Shown one piece after another: positions 31,646-41,916 of a stretch of 64,000 bases of DNA (within the stretch, counting starts at the first letter, position 1; each line of letters opens with the position of its first letter). The notes below the pieces were generated by a model. The model ran no database searches, had not been told where the DNA came from, and saw only the letters and a list, made by a program, of their open reading frames with translations. This stretch comes from Gammaproteobacteria bacterium. GTDB lineage: Bacteria > Pseudomonadota > Gammaproteobacteria > UBA4575. The DNA lies in contig JANQOB010000009.1 of the NCBI GenBank assembly GCA_028279275.1, positions 200,781-264,780 on the forward strand, in the 5' to 3' direction. A program made the position numbers and the translations under genes.

Positions 31646-32848
31646 TCACGAGGCCATTGCAAGTTTTGGTTTCTTGCGATGATCTTTTTGGCCGGGGACA
31701 TATTTAGCGATGCGAGGTACGGAATGTGCGAGAACGCATATGTCATTGATACCTTGTTGTTCTGCTGTAGCCTCGATGTTTTCAGTAATTGAATCTGCGA
31801 TATTTTGATTCGTTATGCAGCGTATCGTCGCGTATTCCTGATTAACATTTGCGTGTGCGAGTTCATAGTCATCATCACCCATAGCAACGAATCGTGAATA
31901 ACTAACATTTACACCGGGCGCTCCTGAATCCAACATTAAGTCCATGAATTGTTGTGATTGATCGCGATTGACTACAGATGAAAAACACACTTGATTGGTT
32001 TGAGCTGTTTTATTTTTCTCCAAGAATTTAAGCCCTGTGCCTTTACCTTGCCCTCCAACATCAAAAACAGCTTGATCACGCCAATGTGTGTGACCGGTTA
32101 AATGATCAATCGCGTGAATAATTTGTTGTGTGTTTGCAGGATAGTGTGGGTTAGCAATTCGGCTTGGTATATTAAACATACCTTTATCAATCGGTAAGCT
32201 ATACATGAAGCCGCGCGCTGGCAAATGAAACTCTCCGGCTTTAGCCATTGCGGTAAAGATTCCTTCTACATCCGAATTGTCAGCAAGCACCATCAGAACT
32301 TCTTGTTCACTATCTTTTGTAATACGTAGCCAACCAAGTCGATCACGAAGACCTTTACCTTCTGCGTAATAGACTACAGGGCCGTGTGCACCGGCATTGA
32401 TGGCGGCTTTAGCAATGCGGTCGCTTAAGCTATGACTTACGCTACAAAAAATTACACTTAAATTTTCTGAAAGCTTATGACTGTCTTTTTTTGTATTTAA
32501 TGCTTCAGTTGTTCGTAAATTATGAAAATTAGATCCTACATAAGCACTTTCACATGGTGTGCTAAAGACGGCTCCCGTTGCTTGCAAGTCTAATTTACCT
32601 TCTTCAATAACGAGTCCGAGAACACGATCGACATCATGCACGGGAACGACCATTTGTAACATGGTTTTTGATGGGCTAATCGGAGGGACCCATGACTTCC
32701 ACCAGTGCTCGCGTAATAACGTACCGCGTGCTTTTGAGACTAGTACATCCGTGACTTCTCGAGATGTTAGCGTATTAACAACTGTATCTGCTGATTGGTT
32801 AGGCAATACAGCAGTGATGAGTGAAATTTCGTGTTTAGTATTAAACAT
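31646..32848 (-). CDS. protein with three tandem PII-like domains
   Basis: Three ~100-aa units with PII-like pattern (e.g. AAINAGAHGPVVYYAEGKG...EQEVLMVL...RGFMYSLP); directly after DUF1538 gene. Confidence 0.7.
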   Translation of the reverse strand: MFNTKHEISLITAVLPNQSADTVVNTLTSREVTDVLVSKARGTLLREHWWKSWVPPISPSKTMLQMVVPVHDVDRVLGLVIEEGKLDLQATGAVFSTPCESAYVGSNFHNLRTTEALNTKKDSHKLSENLSVIFCSVSHSLSDRIAKAAINAGAHGPVVYYAEGKGLRDRLGWLRITKDSEQEVLMVLADNSDVEGIFTAMAKAGEFHLPARGFMYSLPIDKGMFNIPSRIANPHYPANTQQIIHAIDHLTGHTHWRDQAVFDVGGQGKGTGLKFLEKNKTAQTNQVCFSSVVNRDQSQQFMDLMLDSGAPGVNVSYSRFVAMGDDDYELAHANVNQEYATIRCITNQNIADSITENIEATAEQQGINDICVLAHSVPRIAKYVPGQKDHRKKPKLAMAS

Positions 32849-32850
32849 GA

Positions 32851-34794
32851 TTATGCGGGTCCTAGTTGAGTAGAGTCGCTATCAATTTCAGAAGCAGGGT
32901 CCGGTAAATTTTCTTTCTGCCCTTTTTTCTCATTTCTTTGCGTGTATAAGCCTACAGCTAAAACCGTCATGATCGGACCAACGGAAGCAAGGGCTAAAAT
33001 TCCAAAACCGTCACTTACACCAGGAATATTCGCACCCACACCAAGGCCCATTGCTAATACAAGGGGTACCGTTATAGGGCCTGTGGTAACACCCGCGCTG
33101 TCCCAACCAAAATTAACAAAGCTGTTTGGTGCGCGCCAGGTAAGAATCAATACAAGTAAATAGGGTGGCATTAACATCCAAATTAAAGGTAAGTCGTAAG
33201 CCATTTTTACAATGCCTGCACCAATACCTAAGCCAACACCAATCGCTACAGCCTGCATTAACAATTTCTTTCGAAATGCACCCACTGTAATTCGTTCCAC
33301 AGTGTCACCCAATGCATTTAGAGCAGGTTCGGCAAGTGTTGCACCATAACCTAGGAAAAATGCAAAACCGATAGCAACTAACTTGCCTGCATGACCATCA
33401 CCAAATAAAGGTCCTTCTGCATGTTCAAAACCCCAAGGAACAATTTGTGCAAACGCTAGAGGAATATTACTGCCTAACTGCCCACCAAGTGGGGTAAGAC
33501 CAAGCGCGATACCAAGGCCAAACAGTGCCATGCCTACGAGTGCAAAGGTCACTCCGATACCTACATCACTGTCTTTATCTAAACGTTGTTTGAGTATTAA
33601 GCGTAAAACAAAATATAAAAACAAACATAAGGGGATAATTGCGCGAAGTGCTCCTACAAATGCTTCCCACAATTGATCTGTAAGAGAAGTTTCCTTATCC
33701 CATGTTTTATCACTAATTAATTCAAAATCTCGGGTATATATTTTTTTAACAACAAGATTTGGATCTGTTACAACAATTTTTCCATCTACAAGTTCTGCTT
33801 TTCCGCCATCAAAATCTAACTCATAGCCGTTAGGTAAGGCACCTGTTTCTAGGTAAGTCGCAAATTCTTCATCCGTAATGGCTTCTAATTTAGGGTCTAG
33901 TGCTTTCGAATTGTTAGCAGTCTCTGTTTGGGTCTGAAGAATTTCAGTGCCTTTGTAATTTGAAGCACCATAATAGTCATTATTTGTATAGTGATATAAA
34001 GCGAGTAGCAGTACGGCCAGAATAGGGAATAGAGAGGCTAGTGTGACAATTCCAAATCCAGAATGACCGCTGCCCCCGGAACCGCTACTCACAACTCGAC
34101 AAACACCAATTCCTAAAGCAAGCACTAGAGGAACGGTTACAGGACCCGTGGTTACTGCACCACAATCCCAAGCTAAACCTAAAACATCACGTAATTCTGG
34201 AACTTGACTAAAATAAAAAGATATTGCTAATAAACAGAGTACTGCGGGGATGGCTAGAAATTTCAATGGCCATGCGTAAAAAAATCGCAACACCCCTAAC
34301 ATAACCGCAAGGCCGACACCTACACCTACACTTGTTACAAGTTGATTAGAAAAATCATTCAGCAAGCTGTATAACAATGGTGCTTCACTCGCAATAACGC
34401 CACTTCCTGCTGCTTTAAGAACTGCTATAGCTGGTTCTGCAAAAGTAGCTCCTGCACCAAGCAAGAATGCAAAAAGTAAAATAAGTGGCATGCCACTTTT
34501 GCGTGGCAACATACTTCCGATTATTTCACCTAACGGCATGAGGCCCAGTCGTAAGCCCTCCATGAAAAACATTAAACCGATTGCAACAATGAATATTCCA
34601 ACTGCAATCATTGCTGCGTATACGATGGGTAGTTGTAAAACGAGTAATTGGAAAATGATGAGATAAAAAACGATAAACCAAATGCCTTCAACCTGGCTTA
34701 TAAAATTCCTTTTTCCATAAGGCCATAAAATTCGAAATGTGTCACGTAGACCCAAACGAAAACGAGGGTTATTCTGAAGCTTAGAGGTTGCCAT
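32851..34794 (-). CDS. fused double DUF1538 membrane protein
   Basis: Two copies of AT.AEPA ... WD..(A/G)VTTGP(V/I)TVPLVLA separated by a soluble linker. Confidence 0.85.
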   Translation of the reverse strand: MATSKLQNNPRFRLGLRDTFRILWPYGKRNFISQVEGIWFIVFYLIIFQLLVLQLPIVYAAMIAVGIFIVAIGLMFFMEGLRLGLMPLGEIIGSMLPRKSGMPLILLFAFLLGAGATFAEPAIAVLKAAGSGVIASEAPLLYSLLNDFSNQLVTSVGVGVGLAVMLGVLRFFYAWPLKFLAIPAVLCLLAISFYFSQVPELRDVLGLAWDCGAVTTGPVTVPLVLALGIGVCRVVSSGSGGSGHSGFGIVTLASLFPILAVLLLALYHYTNNDYYGASNYKGTEILQTQTETANNSKALDPKLEAITDEEFATYLETGALPNGYELDFDGGKAELVDGKIVVTDPNLVVKKIYTRDFELISDKTWDKETSLTDQLWEAFVGALRAIIPLCLFLYFVLRLILKQRLDKDSDVGIGVTFALVGMALFGLGIALGLTPLGGQLGSNIPLAFAQIVPWGFEHAEGPLFGDGHAGKLVAIGFAFFLGYGATLAEPALNALGDTVERITVGAFRKKLLMQAVAIGVGLGIGAGIVKMAYDLPLIWMLMPPYLLVLILTWRAPNSFVNFGWDSAGVTTGPITVPLVLAMGLGVGANIPGVSDGFGILALASVGPIMTVLAVGLYTQRNEKKGQKENLPDPASEIDSDSTQLGPA

Positions 34795-35082
34795 TTTTTA
34801 TAAATTCGAATTAAGTTATTGAGTTTTATCGGCGGTAGCCAATATTCCTTAAATCAAACTCTGAAATGGAGCTGGAGCGTTAATAGTTAAAATATTGAAA
34901 TGTGCAAATATAAGAAAGAGGAATAATGAGTGAAGGATTGGGTATTTATGATAGTTTCATCGGCTTTTTTATACATGTTGGTACGCACAGCTTGACCCTG
35001 AAAGACCCTGCGTAAACAATTGAATTTTAATAGAATAATGATTATTCAATAATCTTAAGCGATATCAACTAGGGAAATATTC

Positions 35083-35505
35083 GTGTCCGTATTAGAGACC
35101 CTTATCGGTAAGAGGAAACCGAAGTTTGATACTTACGACGTCATCTTAGATTTGCTTCAAAAATTTATGATTGAGAGTAAATCTCAAGCATCTATGCGCA
35201 GCTTTACACCACCTCAACAAGTTATGTTGACGATGTATACATTTGGCGCGCTTACATTCCTATCAGAGTTTAATGAAGTTCCAGAAGCGGAACATATTTT
35301 AGTGCTGGACACTTACTTGCAGCGCCAAGGTTTAACCGACAAACAATCGGTAACAGAAGCAAGAACTATAATTGAGCAAGCTAAAGATTCCAGTATGCAC
35401 TGGGGTGTCGAAATTGGTTATAACACTGCGATGTATTGGCATAAAGAAAAAGATGCAAATGCGCCTAAAGCACTTGCACGTCTATTAAAAACGACACGCA
35501 AATAA
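35083..35505 (+). CDS. hypothetical protein
   Basis: 140-aa ORF with AGGGA upstream. Confidence 0.65.
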   Translation: MSVLETLIGKRKPKFDTYDVILDLLQKFMIESKSQASMRSFTPPQQVMLTMYTFGALTFLSEFNEVPEAEHILVLDTYLQRQGLTDKQSVTEARTIIEQAKDSSMHWGVEIGYNTAMYWHKEKDANAPKALARLLKTTRK

Positions 35506-35542
35506 AAAAAAGTTCTTATTGTATTTAAAGTTTTATAGTGGG

Positions 35543-36235
35543 TTATCCACCACTTTTGATTGCAAGGTTGGCTACTGCATTCCGCAAATTGTCAGCATGT
35601 GAATTGGTTGCGGATCTTTCAATTAAAATTTCTCGTGGAGATGTTTGGTCTCCGTAATAATCATGATTCCAGTCGTTACGTGTTTTGAGTACAGCACCTT
35701 CAATATTAATGCCACCATATATTCCTTTGGTTCTTGAAAACGCTAGAATATCTGCCGTTTGTGCTTTTGCTCCCGCACCTATCGGACCTGCAGCAATGCT
35801 GACATCTCCTCCTAGTTTGAAGGAAGATGTGAGTAAAGCATCAACACCTTTGTCGGTCATTATCATGAGAATAATTTCTGATACCTCAACACCAATTTGA
35901 AAACCTACCGTGCCAGAACCCATGGTATAAAATGCAGGATCGCTCCAAATGTTGCCATCTCCTTTTACTAGCAATACACCGCTCCCTCCTGAGCCACCAA
36001 AAATGAGTCCGCCTTTTACTAGTGAGGGAACAATCAAAACACCTTTAGCTTTACTCATATTGTCACGAAACCACGTCATATCGGGGTCAATCGTAAATGT
36101 ATTAACTGACTCAGCTGCAGCATCGACTAATGCTTCTGCAGTTGCAGTAGACGCATTTATTTGTGAAGAAGAAACAAATAGAAAACATGTAAATACGGAT
36201 AATGTTAAGAAATATTTACGAGCAATCTTATTCAT
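35543..36235 (-). CDS. Ysc84/SYLF lipid-binding domain protein
   Basis: Signal peptide, KGGLIFGGSGGSGVL, GFQIG, KLGGDVSIAAGPIG, KGIYGG. Confidence 0.9.
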   Translation of the reverse strand: MNKIARKYFLTLSVFTCFLFVSSSQINASTATAEALVDAAAESVNTFTIDPDMTWFRDNMSKAKGVLIVPSLVKGGLIFGGSGGSGVLLVKGDGNIWSDPAFYTMGSGTVGFQIGVEVSEIILMIMTDKGVDALLTSSFKLGGDVSIAAGPIGAGAKAQTADILAFSRTKGIYGGINIEGAVLKTRNDWNHDYYGDQTSPREILIERSATNSHADNLRNAVANLAIKSGG

Positions 36236-36326
36236 TTGAATAACCTTTATATTAGGAGAGTTATTTTTTTCTAATTATAACCTTAAACCACAGCAATGCG
36301 ATAAAGTTCAATTTTTTCAAATAAAT

Positions 36327-37079
36327 TTACCATTCTCTTATATAACGTTTAGCCCAACACGCAATATTTTCGGCAATATATTCTGCATCCGTTTTTCTGG
36401 ATATTAAATGATCAGTTTCATCTAAAGAGATAAAGCTTTTGGGGTGTTTGGCTTCCACGAAAATTTTAGCTGCTTCGTCGATTGAAACAATGTCATCGAA
36501 TGGGGAATGAAAAATAAGAATTGGTTTATTTAATTTTTTAATAAACGGTTTCTCGTCGTAGCTTTTTAAGTCCTGAATATATTCCTTGGTAAGTCTAAAG
36601 GGTCGATCAAATATACTTACATCTTCAAAACCCTGTTTTAAAATTTTAGGAATATGTTGTTCAAAGTGGTCAAGCACATGCGCAGGGCGACTAGGAGAGG
36701 CAATAGTAGTTACGGCTTGAATTTCATCTAATTCACAAGCAGCCGCGGTTGCTGCAATACCGCCTAGGCTGTGCCCTATGAGTAGTTGGGGTTTTTGATA
36801 ATTATTCGTTAAGAATTCTACTGCTGCTTTAATATCATTAATATTGCTAGAGAAGTCTGTATTAGAAAAATCTCCCTGACTTTTTCCAAGTCCTGTAAAA
36901 TCAAAACGTAATACTTGTATGCCTTGTTTGGCTAGTGCTTTACAAATGCGGTAGCTTGCAGCATGGTCCTTAGAGCATGTGAAGCAATGGGTAAAAATGG
37001 CCTGTACTCTCGGTATGTCAACTTCATCGATAACTCCTGCAAGGATTTCACCGTTATTATTTGAAAATGTAACATCCAT
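36327..37079 (-). CDS. alpha/beta hydrolase (type often fused to OsmC; no OsmC domain here)
   Basis: HCFTCSKD, LRFDFTGLG, GHSLGG, HPKSFISLD. Confidence 0.88.
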   Translation of the reverse strand: MDVTFSNNNGEILAGVIDEVDIPRVQAIFTHCFTCSKDHAASYRICKALAKQGIQVLRFDFTGLGKSQGDFSNTDFSSNINDIKAAVEFLTNNYQKPQLLIGHSLGGIAATAAACELDEIQAVTTIASPSRPAHVLDHFEQHIPKILKQGFEDVSIFDRPFRLTKEYIQDLKSYDEKPFIKKLNKPILIFHSPFDDIVSIDEAAKIFVEAKHPKSFISLDETDHLISRKTDAEYIAENIACWAKRYIREW

Positions 37080-37221
37080 GTATAAATTAGCGATTTTTTA
37101 ATTTGGGTGGGTACACTTTGCTATGAGTTAAACTTTCTTCTATATTCGCCAATAATTCTACATCTTTGATTAATTAAGTCTATTATTCGTTATGTTGGAT
37201 ACTTTAAGACTGGAGGAACAA

Positions 37222-37581
37222 ATGAAAACTATTTTTTTCACTATATGCGTATTTATGTTTTTTGTTACATCTGTGAATGCAACGGTGTATCACTTTTTCA
37301 ATGGAAAAGGTATCACAGAAGCGGCTATGGAATGGGAAGAGGCACGAACAAACTCAAAGGAGGTAGATTTATTATTGGTTTCAGAATATGTGGGCTATGT
37401 GGGGGCGTTATTTGATCACTTATCTGAAAAACAACATATTTGTACGCCAGATGAAATTACTAAAAATGATGTTCTACAAGTTGTATCTGACTATTTGAAA
37501 TATATGATAAAAGGGTCAAAAAATGCTGGTTCAGTTCAGGTAGAAGCAGCACTTTACAAACAGTATTCCTGTACGAAATAG
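37222..37581 (+). CDS. Rap1a/Tai-like exported protein
   Basis: GGAGG RBS, signal peptide, GYVGALFD...ICTP...QVV.DYLK...AL...Y.C. Confidence 0.6.
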   Translation: MKTIFFTICVFMFFVTSVNATVYHFFNGKGITEAAMEWEEARTNSKEVDLLLVSEYVGYVGALFDHLSEKQHICTPDEITKNDVLQVVSDYLKYMIKGSKNAGSVQVEAALYKQYSCTK

Positions 37582-37632
37582 GAAATTTTAATAAAACATT
37601 TTTATATTGTGGCTAAAAACGAGGAGTTGGTA

Positions 37633-38436
37633 ATGAGATATTTAAGTTTATTTTTTGTGTTAGTTCTATTTGGATTAGATGTTCACGCAGAGGATTCGAT
37701 TGAAACTAATATCATTACACAAGAAATTGACTATGAAGTTGGTGATACAAAGTTAACAGGGTATTTAGCTTTTGATGCATCAACGGATGAAAAGCGCCCG
37801 GGCGTACTCGTTGTGCATGAGTGGTGGGGGCACAATCAATATGCCAGAACTCGTGCTGAAATGTTGGCAAAGCTTGGTTACGTGGCATTCGCTGTCGATA
37901 TGTATGGTGATGGCAAGTTAGCAGAGCATCCCGATGATGCTGGTAAATTTATGCAAGAAGTAACCAGCAATATATCGTTAGCAGAAAAGCGAATGGAGGC
38001 TGCACTTGATGTATTACATCAGCAGCCAGTAGTAGACACTTCAAAAACTGCCGCTATCGGATATTGTTTTGGTGGGGCAATGGTGTTGCACATGGCACGT
38101 ATTGGTACTGATATTGATGGCGTAGTCAGTTTTCATGGGAGCTTGAGTACAGAGAACCCTGCACAAAAAGATGCTGTTAAAGCAAGAGTATTAGTATTGC
38201 ATGGAGATGCAGATCCATTTATTCCCAAGGAACAAGTCGATGCTTTTAAAGAAGAGATGCAAAATGCTGGAGTGAGTTATGAGTTTGTTGCTTATCCAAA
38301 TGTAAAGCATAGTTTTACCAACCCACAGGCTGATGAATTCAGCGAGAAGTTTGATTTACCCGCTTTAGAATATGACCAGCATGCTGATGAAGATTCATGG
38401 CGACGCATGCAAGCTTTTTTTGAGTGGATTTTTTAA
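37633..38436 (+). CDS. dienelactone hydrolase family protein (exported)
   Basis: HEWWG, GYCFGG, FHG, HSFTNP. Confidence 0.92.
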   Translation: MRYLSLFFVLVLFGLDVHAEDSIETNIITQEIDYEVGDTKLTGYLAFDASTDEKRPGVLVVHEWWGHNQYARTRAEMLAKLGYVAFAVDMYGDGKLAEHPDDAGKFMQEVTSNISLAEKRMEAALDVLHQQPVVDTSKTAAIGYCFGGAMVLHMARIGTDIDGVVSFHGSLSTENPAQKDAVKARVLVLHGDADPFIPKEQVDAFKEEMQNAGVSYEFVAYPNVKHSFTNPQADEFSEKFDLPALEYDQHADEDSWRRMQAFFEWIF

Positions 38437-38490
38437 TGAATATTAATTAAATGTTTAAATCTGTTACTTATCTATAAAGTATTTCTGCAT

Positions 38491-38519
38491 AAAAAAAGCC
38501 CCTAGAAAGGGGCTTTTTT
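38491..38519. terminator. bidirectional intrinsic terminator
   Basis: AAAAAAAGCCCCT-AGAA-AGGGGCTTTTTT between convergent genes. Confidence 0.9.
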
Positions 38520-38538
38520 ATTTTAAAAAATAATTAGC

Positions 38539-40296
38539 TTAGGCAGCTTTACTTTGTAAAGCGCTCGAAATTTTTGCTAATTCATCTTTCAAGGTCTGTG
38601 GTGTACGCGCACCAAATTCATCAAGATATTCACTAATAGCTTGAACTTCATCTTGCCATTGAGCAACGTTAACACTTAAAAGTGCTTCCATTGTTTCTTT
38701 AGAAACGTCGAGGCCTTCAATGTCAATATCATCCACATTTGGCAAGTAACCAATTGGTGTTTCACGCGCATCCACTTTTCCTGTTACGCGATCAAGTACC
38801 CAAGCAAGTACTCTCATGTTTTCACCAAAACCAGGCCACATAAATTTGCCGTCCTGGTCGCGACGGAACCAATTAACGTGGAACAATTTTGGTAACTTGT
38901 CAGATTTAGGTCCAAAGGTTAACCAATGCGCAAAATAATCTGCGAAGTTATATCCACAGAATGGTTTCATTGCCATGGGGTCACGACGCACTTGACCGGC
39001 ACCACCAATTGCAGCCGCAGTCATCTCAGAGGCACAAGAAGCACCTACTAACACTCCGTGTTCCCAATCTTTGGCTTCATATACAAGAGGAGCCAATTCT
39101 TTTCGTCGACCACCAAATATGATTGCACTAATCGGCACACCGTTTGGATCATCTGCCATAGGTGAATAAACTGGGTTGTTTTTTGCTGAAACCGTAAAGC
39201 GTGAGTTTGGATGTGCGGCTGGTCCTACTTCAGGATCATAAGGATTCCCTTTCCAATCCGTTACGGGCTCCATACCGTCATCTTTATCTTCCCACCAAGG
39301 TTGGTTATCTGCTGTCACGCCAGCATTTGTAAAAATTGCATCCGATTTTAAACATTCATATGCGTTTTTATTTGACCATTCGTTAGTGCCCGGAATCACA
39401 CCAAAGTAACCAGACTCAGGGTTGATCGCCCATAAGCGACCATCTTCACGTAAATGTAACCAACAAATGTCATCACCTACTGTTGTTACTTTCCAGCCAT
39501 TGTATTGTTCAGGTGGAATTAACATTGCAAGGTTGGTTTTTCCGCATGCAGAAGGGAATGCGCATGCAACGTAATGGGTTTCACCTTCAGGACTTTCAAG
39601 ACCCATAATTAACATATGTTCTGCGAGCCAGCCCTCTGTTCTTGCTTGCCAGCTAGCAATGCGAAGTGCATGACACTTCTTACCAAGCAGTGCATTACCA
39701 CCGTAACCAGAACCGATACTTCTAATAAGAAGTTCTTCTGGGAAATGCATAATGAAACGTTTTTCAGGATCTAAGTCACCTGTTGAATGCACGCCTTTTA
39801 CAAATGTGCCTTCTTTTTCAATTCTCTTTAAAGCGGGGGTTCCAATGCGTGCCATAATTTTCATATTGGCTACCACATATGGGCTATCGGTAATTTCTAC
39901 ACCATTACGTGAAAGTGGAGAATCAATGGGGCCCATGCAATAGGGAATAACATACATGGTACGACCCTGCATGCAGCCATCGAATAATTCATCTAATTTT
40001 TTAGTTGCTTCTACGGGGTCCATCCAGTGATTATTCGGGCCCGCATCTTCTTCATTTTTTGAACAAACAAATGTTAAGTGTTCAACACGTGCAACATCAG
40101 AAGGATCTGATCGATGTAGGTAACAATTAGGGTGAGTTTCTTCATTGAGTTTAAGCAGCGTTCCAGATTCCAACATCATGTCTACCATTCGGTTATATTC
40201 TTCATCGCTGCCATCACACCAAACAATATTATCTGGTTTGGTAAGTGCCGCTGTTTCCTCTACCCATTTTGCCAAGGCATCATTCGTCGTACTCAT
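38539..40296 (-). CDS. pckG: phosphoenolpyruvate carboxykinase (GTP)
   Basis: GSGYGGNALLGKKC, AFPSACGKTNLAM, VGDDI, AHPNSRF. Confidence 0.96.
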   Translation of the reverse strand: MSTTNDALAKWVEETAALTKPDNIVWCDGSDEEYNRMVDMMLESGTLLKLNEETHPNCYLHRSDPSDVARVEHLTFVCSKNEEDAGPNNHWMDPVEATKKLDELFDGCMQGRTMYVIPYCMGPIDSPLSRNGVEITDSPYVVANMKIMARIGTPALKRIEKEGTFVKGVHSTGDLDPEKRFIMHFPEELLIRSIGSGYGGNALLGKKCHALRIASWQARTEGWLAEHMLIMGLESPEGETHYVACAFPSACGKTNLAMLIPPEQYNGWKVTTVGDDICWLHLREDGRLWAINPESGYFGVIPGTNEWSNKNAYECLKSDAIFTNAGVTADNQPWWEDKDDGMEPVTDWKGNPYDPEVGPAAHPNSRFTVSAKNNPVYSPMADDPNGVPISAIIFGGRRKELAPLVYEAKDWEHGVLVGASCASEMTAAAIGGAGQVRRDPMAMKPFCGYNFADYFAHWLTFGPKSDKLPKLFHVNWFRRDQDGKFMWPGFGENMRVLAWVLDRVTGKVDARETPIGYLPNVDDIDIEGLDVSKETMEALLSVNVAQWQDEVQAISEYLDEFGARTPQTLKDELAKISSALQSKAA

Positions 40297-40519
40297 CTGT
40301 AATTCCTTGTTTTAATTGAAAGTTATGAGACTTGTTTTGTAATTATTATTATTAGCAACAAGCTAAAAAATTCGGAGTTCCCGATTATACATAGCGAAGA
40401 TGAAGATTTAAGCTTATGGAAAGATTAATTATGAGGATACCAAGTCTTATATCTCATAATAGGTATGAATTTGTGTTTAATTTTTAGCCAAACACATTAA
40501 GTGCATAGAAAACGTGGAA

Positions 40520-41077
40520 TTAAATCGGTCCGACCATAAGAATCATTAAACCTGGCGGGATTTGATTGGGTGACATGCTTTGATGCGCTTCATTCATTTC
40601 GATCGACAGAGAAAGACCAGAATTTTTACATTTTTCATTTAAATTTTTATTTGTACTGATGTTACTTTGTTTAGGTAAAGTCATTCCAGCAGCAAGATGT
40701 AATTTAGGATTAAGCGAACTTTGGTCTTCTAAAAAGATTTTGTATGGAAAAGAATCGTTCGAAAGTGTTGATGAGATTTTATCAACCTTTAACTCATAAG
40801 GTACTCCAGCGTTTTGATCAAAGCCATGGTGAGTAATACAAAATAGTTTTGAATTTACAGGTTCAAGTATTTTTGACTGATCCAATAATAATTCACTTGG
40901 ACTCACGGTATTGAGTGTTTGACTGACGTAAACTGAAATATCAACTGATGCAGTAGAAGACTTGCCTCGTTTACCTTGTGAAGCCGCTAATACCGCATTA
41001 CTTGTGAATACAAGTAATGATAATAAAAGAAATAATTTAAGTGTTAATTTTAAATTAATTTTTACGGTAGTATCCAT
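40520..41077 (-). CDS. secreted hypothetical protein, possibly pilin/fimbrial-subunit-like
   Basis: Signal peptide, then AASQG..GKSSTASVDISV, two Cys, C-terminal hydrophobic strand LMILMVGP; start MDTTVK at 41077. Confidence 0.6.
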   Translation of the reverse strand: MDTTVKINLKLTLKLFLLLSLLVFTSNAVLAASQGKRGKSSTASVDISVYVSQTLNTVSPSELLLDQSKILEPVNSKLFCITHHGFDQNAGVPYELKVDKISSTLSNDSFPYKIFLEDQSSLNPKLHLAAGMTLPKQSNISTNKNLNEKCKNSGLSLSIEMNEAHQSMSPNQIPPGLMILMVGPI

Positions 41078-41157
41078 CTCACATTTCCAATATGCAAAGT
41101 ACACAGAAATGTGAGACCACTCGAAGAGATATATTGAATAACTATCTCGCTGCTTTA

Positions 41158-41278
41158 TTCGGCGGTCCCGCTGCCTTAGATATTTTTTATTTGCGCACTT
41201 TTGACACGCAGCTTAGAAAAATAACCTTAGGTCGGTGACTTTGCGTCCCCATCTTTCAATGGGTTTGCCCTTTACATT
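41158..41278 (-). ncRNA. c-di-GMP-I (GEMM-I) riboswitch
   Basis: AGGGCAAACCCAUU-GAAA-GAUGGGGACGCAAAGUCACCGACCUAAG...UAAGGCAGCGGGACCGCCG; GNRA loop and receptor; G20 retained. Confidence 0.9.
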
Positions 41279-41570
41279 TCTATGTAACGGCACCAACTGA
41301 ATAAAGTTGATTAATTGTTATTGTTTTAAACGATAATAAAAATCATTACATATAACTCTTCTAGCAAACAAGTAACCTTATAATTTGATTAGAGTTACAT
41401 GATAAATAGTAATGATTAAATAAATTAAAATGTTTTTTGAGAATGTGTAACGAATTAATTTTACTTATGTTTATTTGCTTAGATTTTTTACTAAAAATGT
41501 GAGCAAATTCCGTTATAGTTGGTAACGTATTGAAAATTTTCTTTCAAAATCATTCAAAAGGAGAGTAAAT

Positions 41571-41897
41571 ATGCACAAAAAACTTTGGATTTTAATATTT
41601 ACTGCAATATTAATAGTGCCTTTTAATACATTTGCAGGTGGTTCCTCGCATATTCACTATAGCTATCATTCATATGGGTTTGCAGAATCAGGTTCTGCCG
41701 AGGCTATGGTGGCAGACGTAGTGATTGCAAGACCTATAGGCTTGGTGTCAACAGTAGTCGGTTCTGCTATTTATGTTGTCTCACTACCTTTTAGTTTGTT
41801 AGGTGGAAACGAAAAGCAAGCCAGAGAAAAGTTAGTTAAAGAACCAACAGCATTTACATTTAAGCGGCCTTTGGGAGAATTTGAAAGTTTGGATTGA
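41571..41897 (+). CDS. conserved small membrane/exported hypothetical protein
   Basis: AGGAG RBS; MVADVVIARPIGL...SLPFS.LGGN...FTFKRPLG. Confidence 0.8.
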   Translation: MHKKLWILIFTAILIVPFNTFAGGSSHIHYSYHSYGFAESGSAEAMVADVVIARPIGLVSTVVGSAIYVVSLPFSLLGGNEKQAREKLVKEPTAFTFKRPLGEFESLD

Positions 41898-41916
41898 GTG
41901 ATAAGAAATTAATAAA

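Noticed and set aside
34795..35082. Possible ion-sensing riboswitch or uORF before the DUF1538 operon (hairpin TACGCA...TGCGTA at about 34982-35014)
   Set aside because: I could not match it to a known motif; the short ORF has no RBS.
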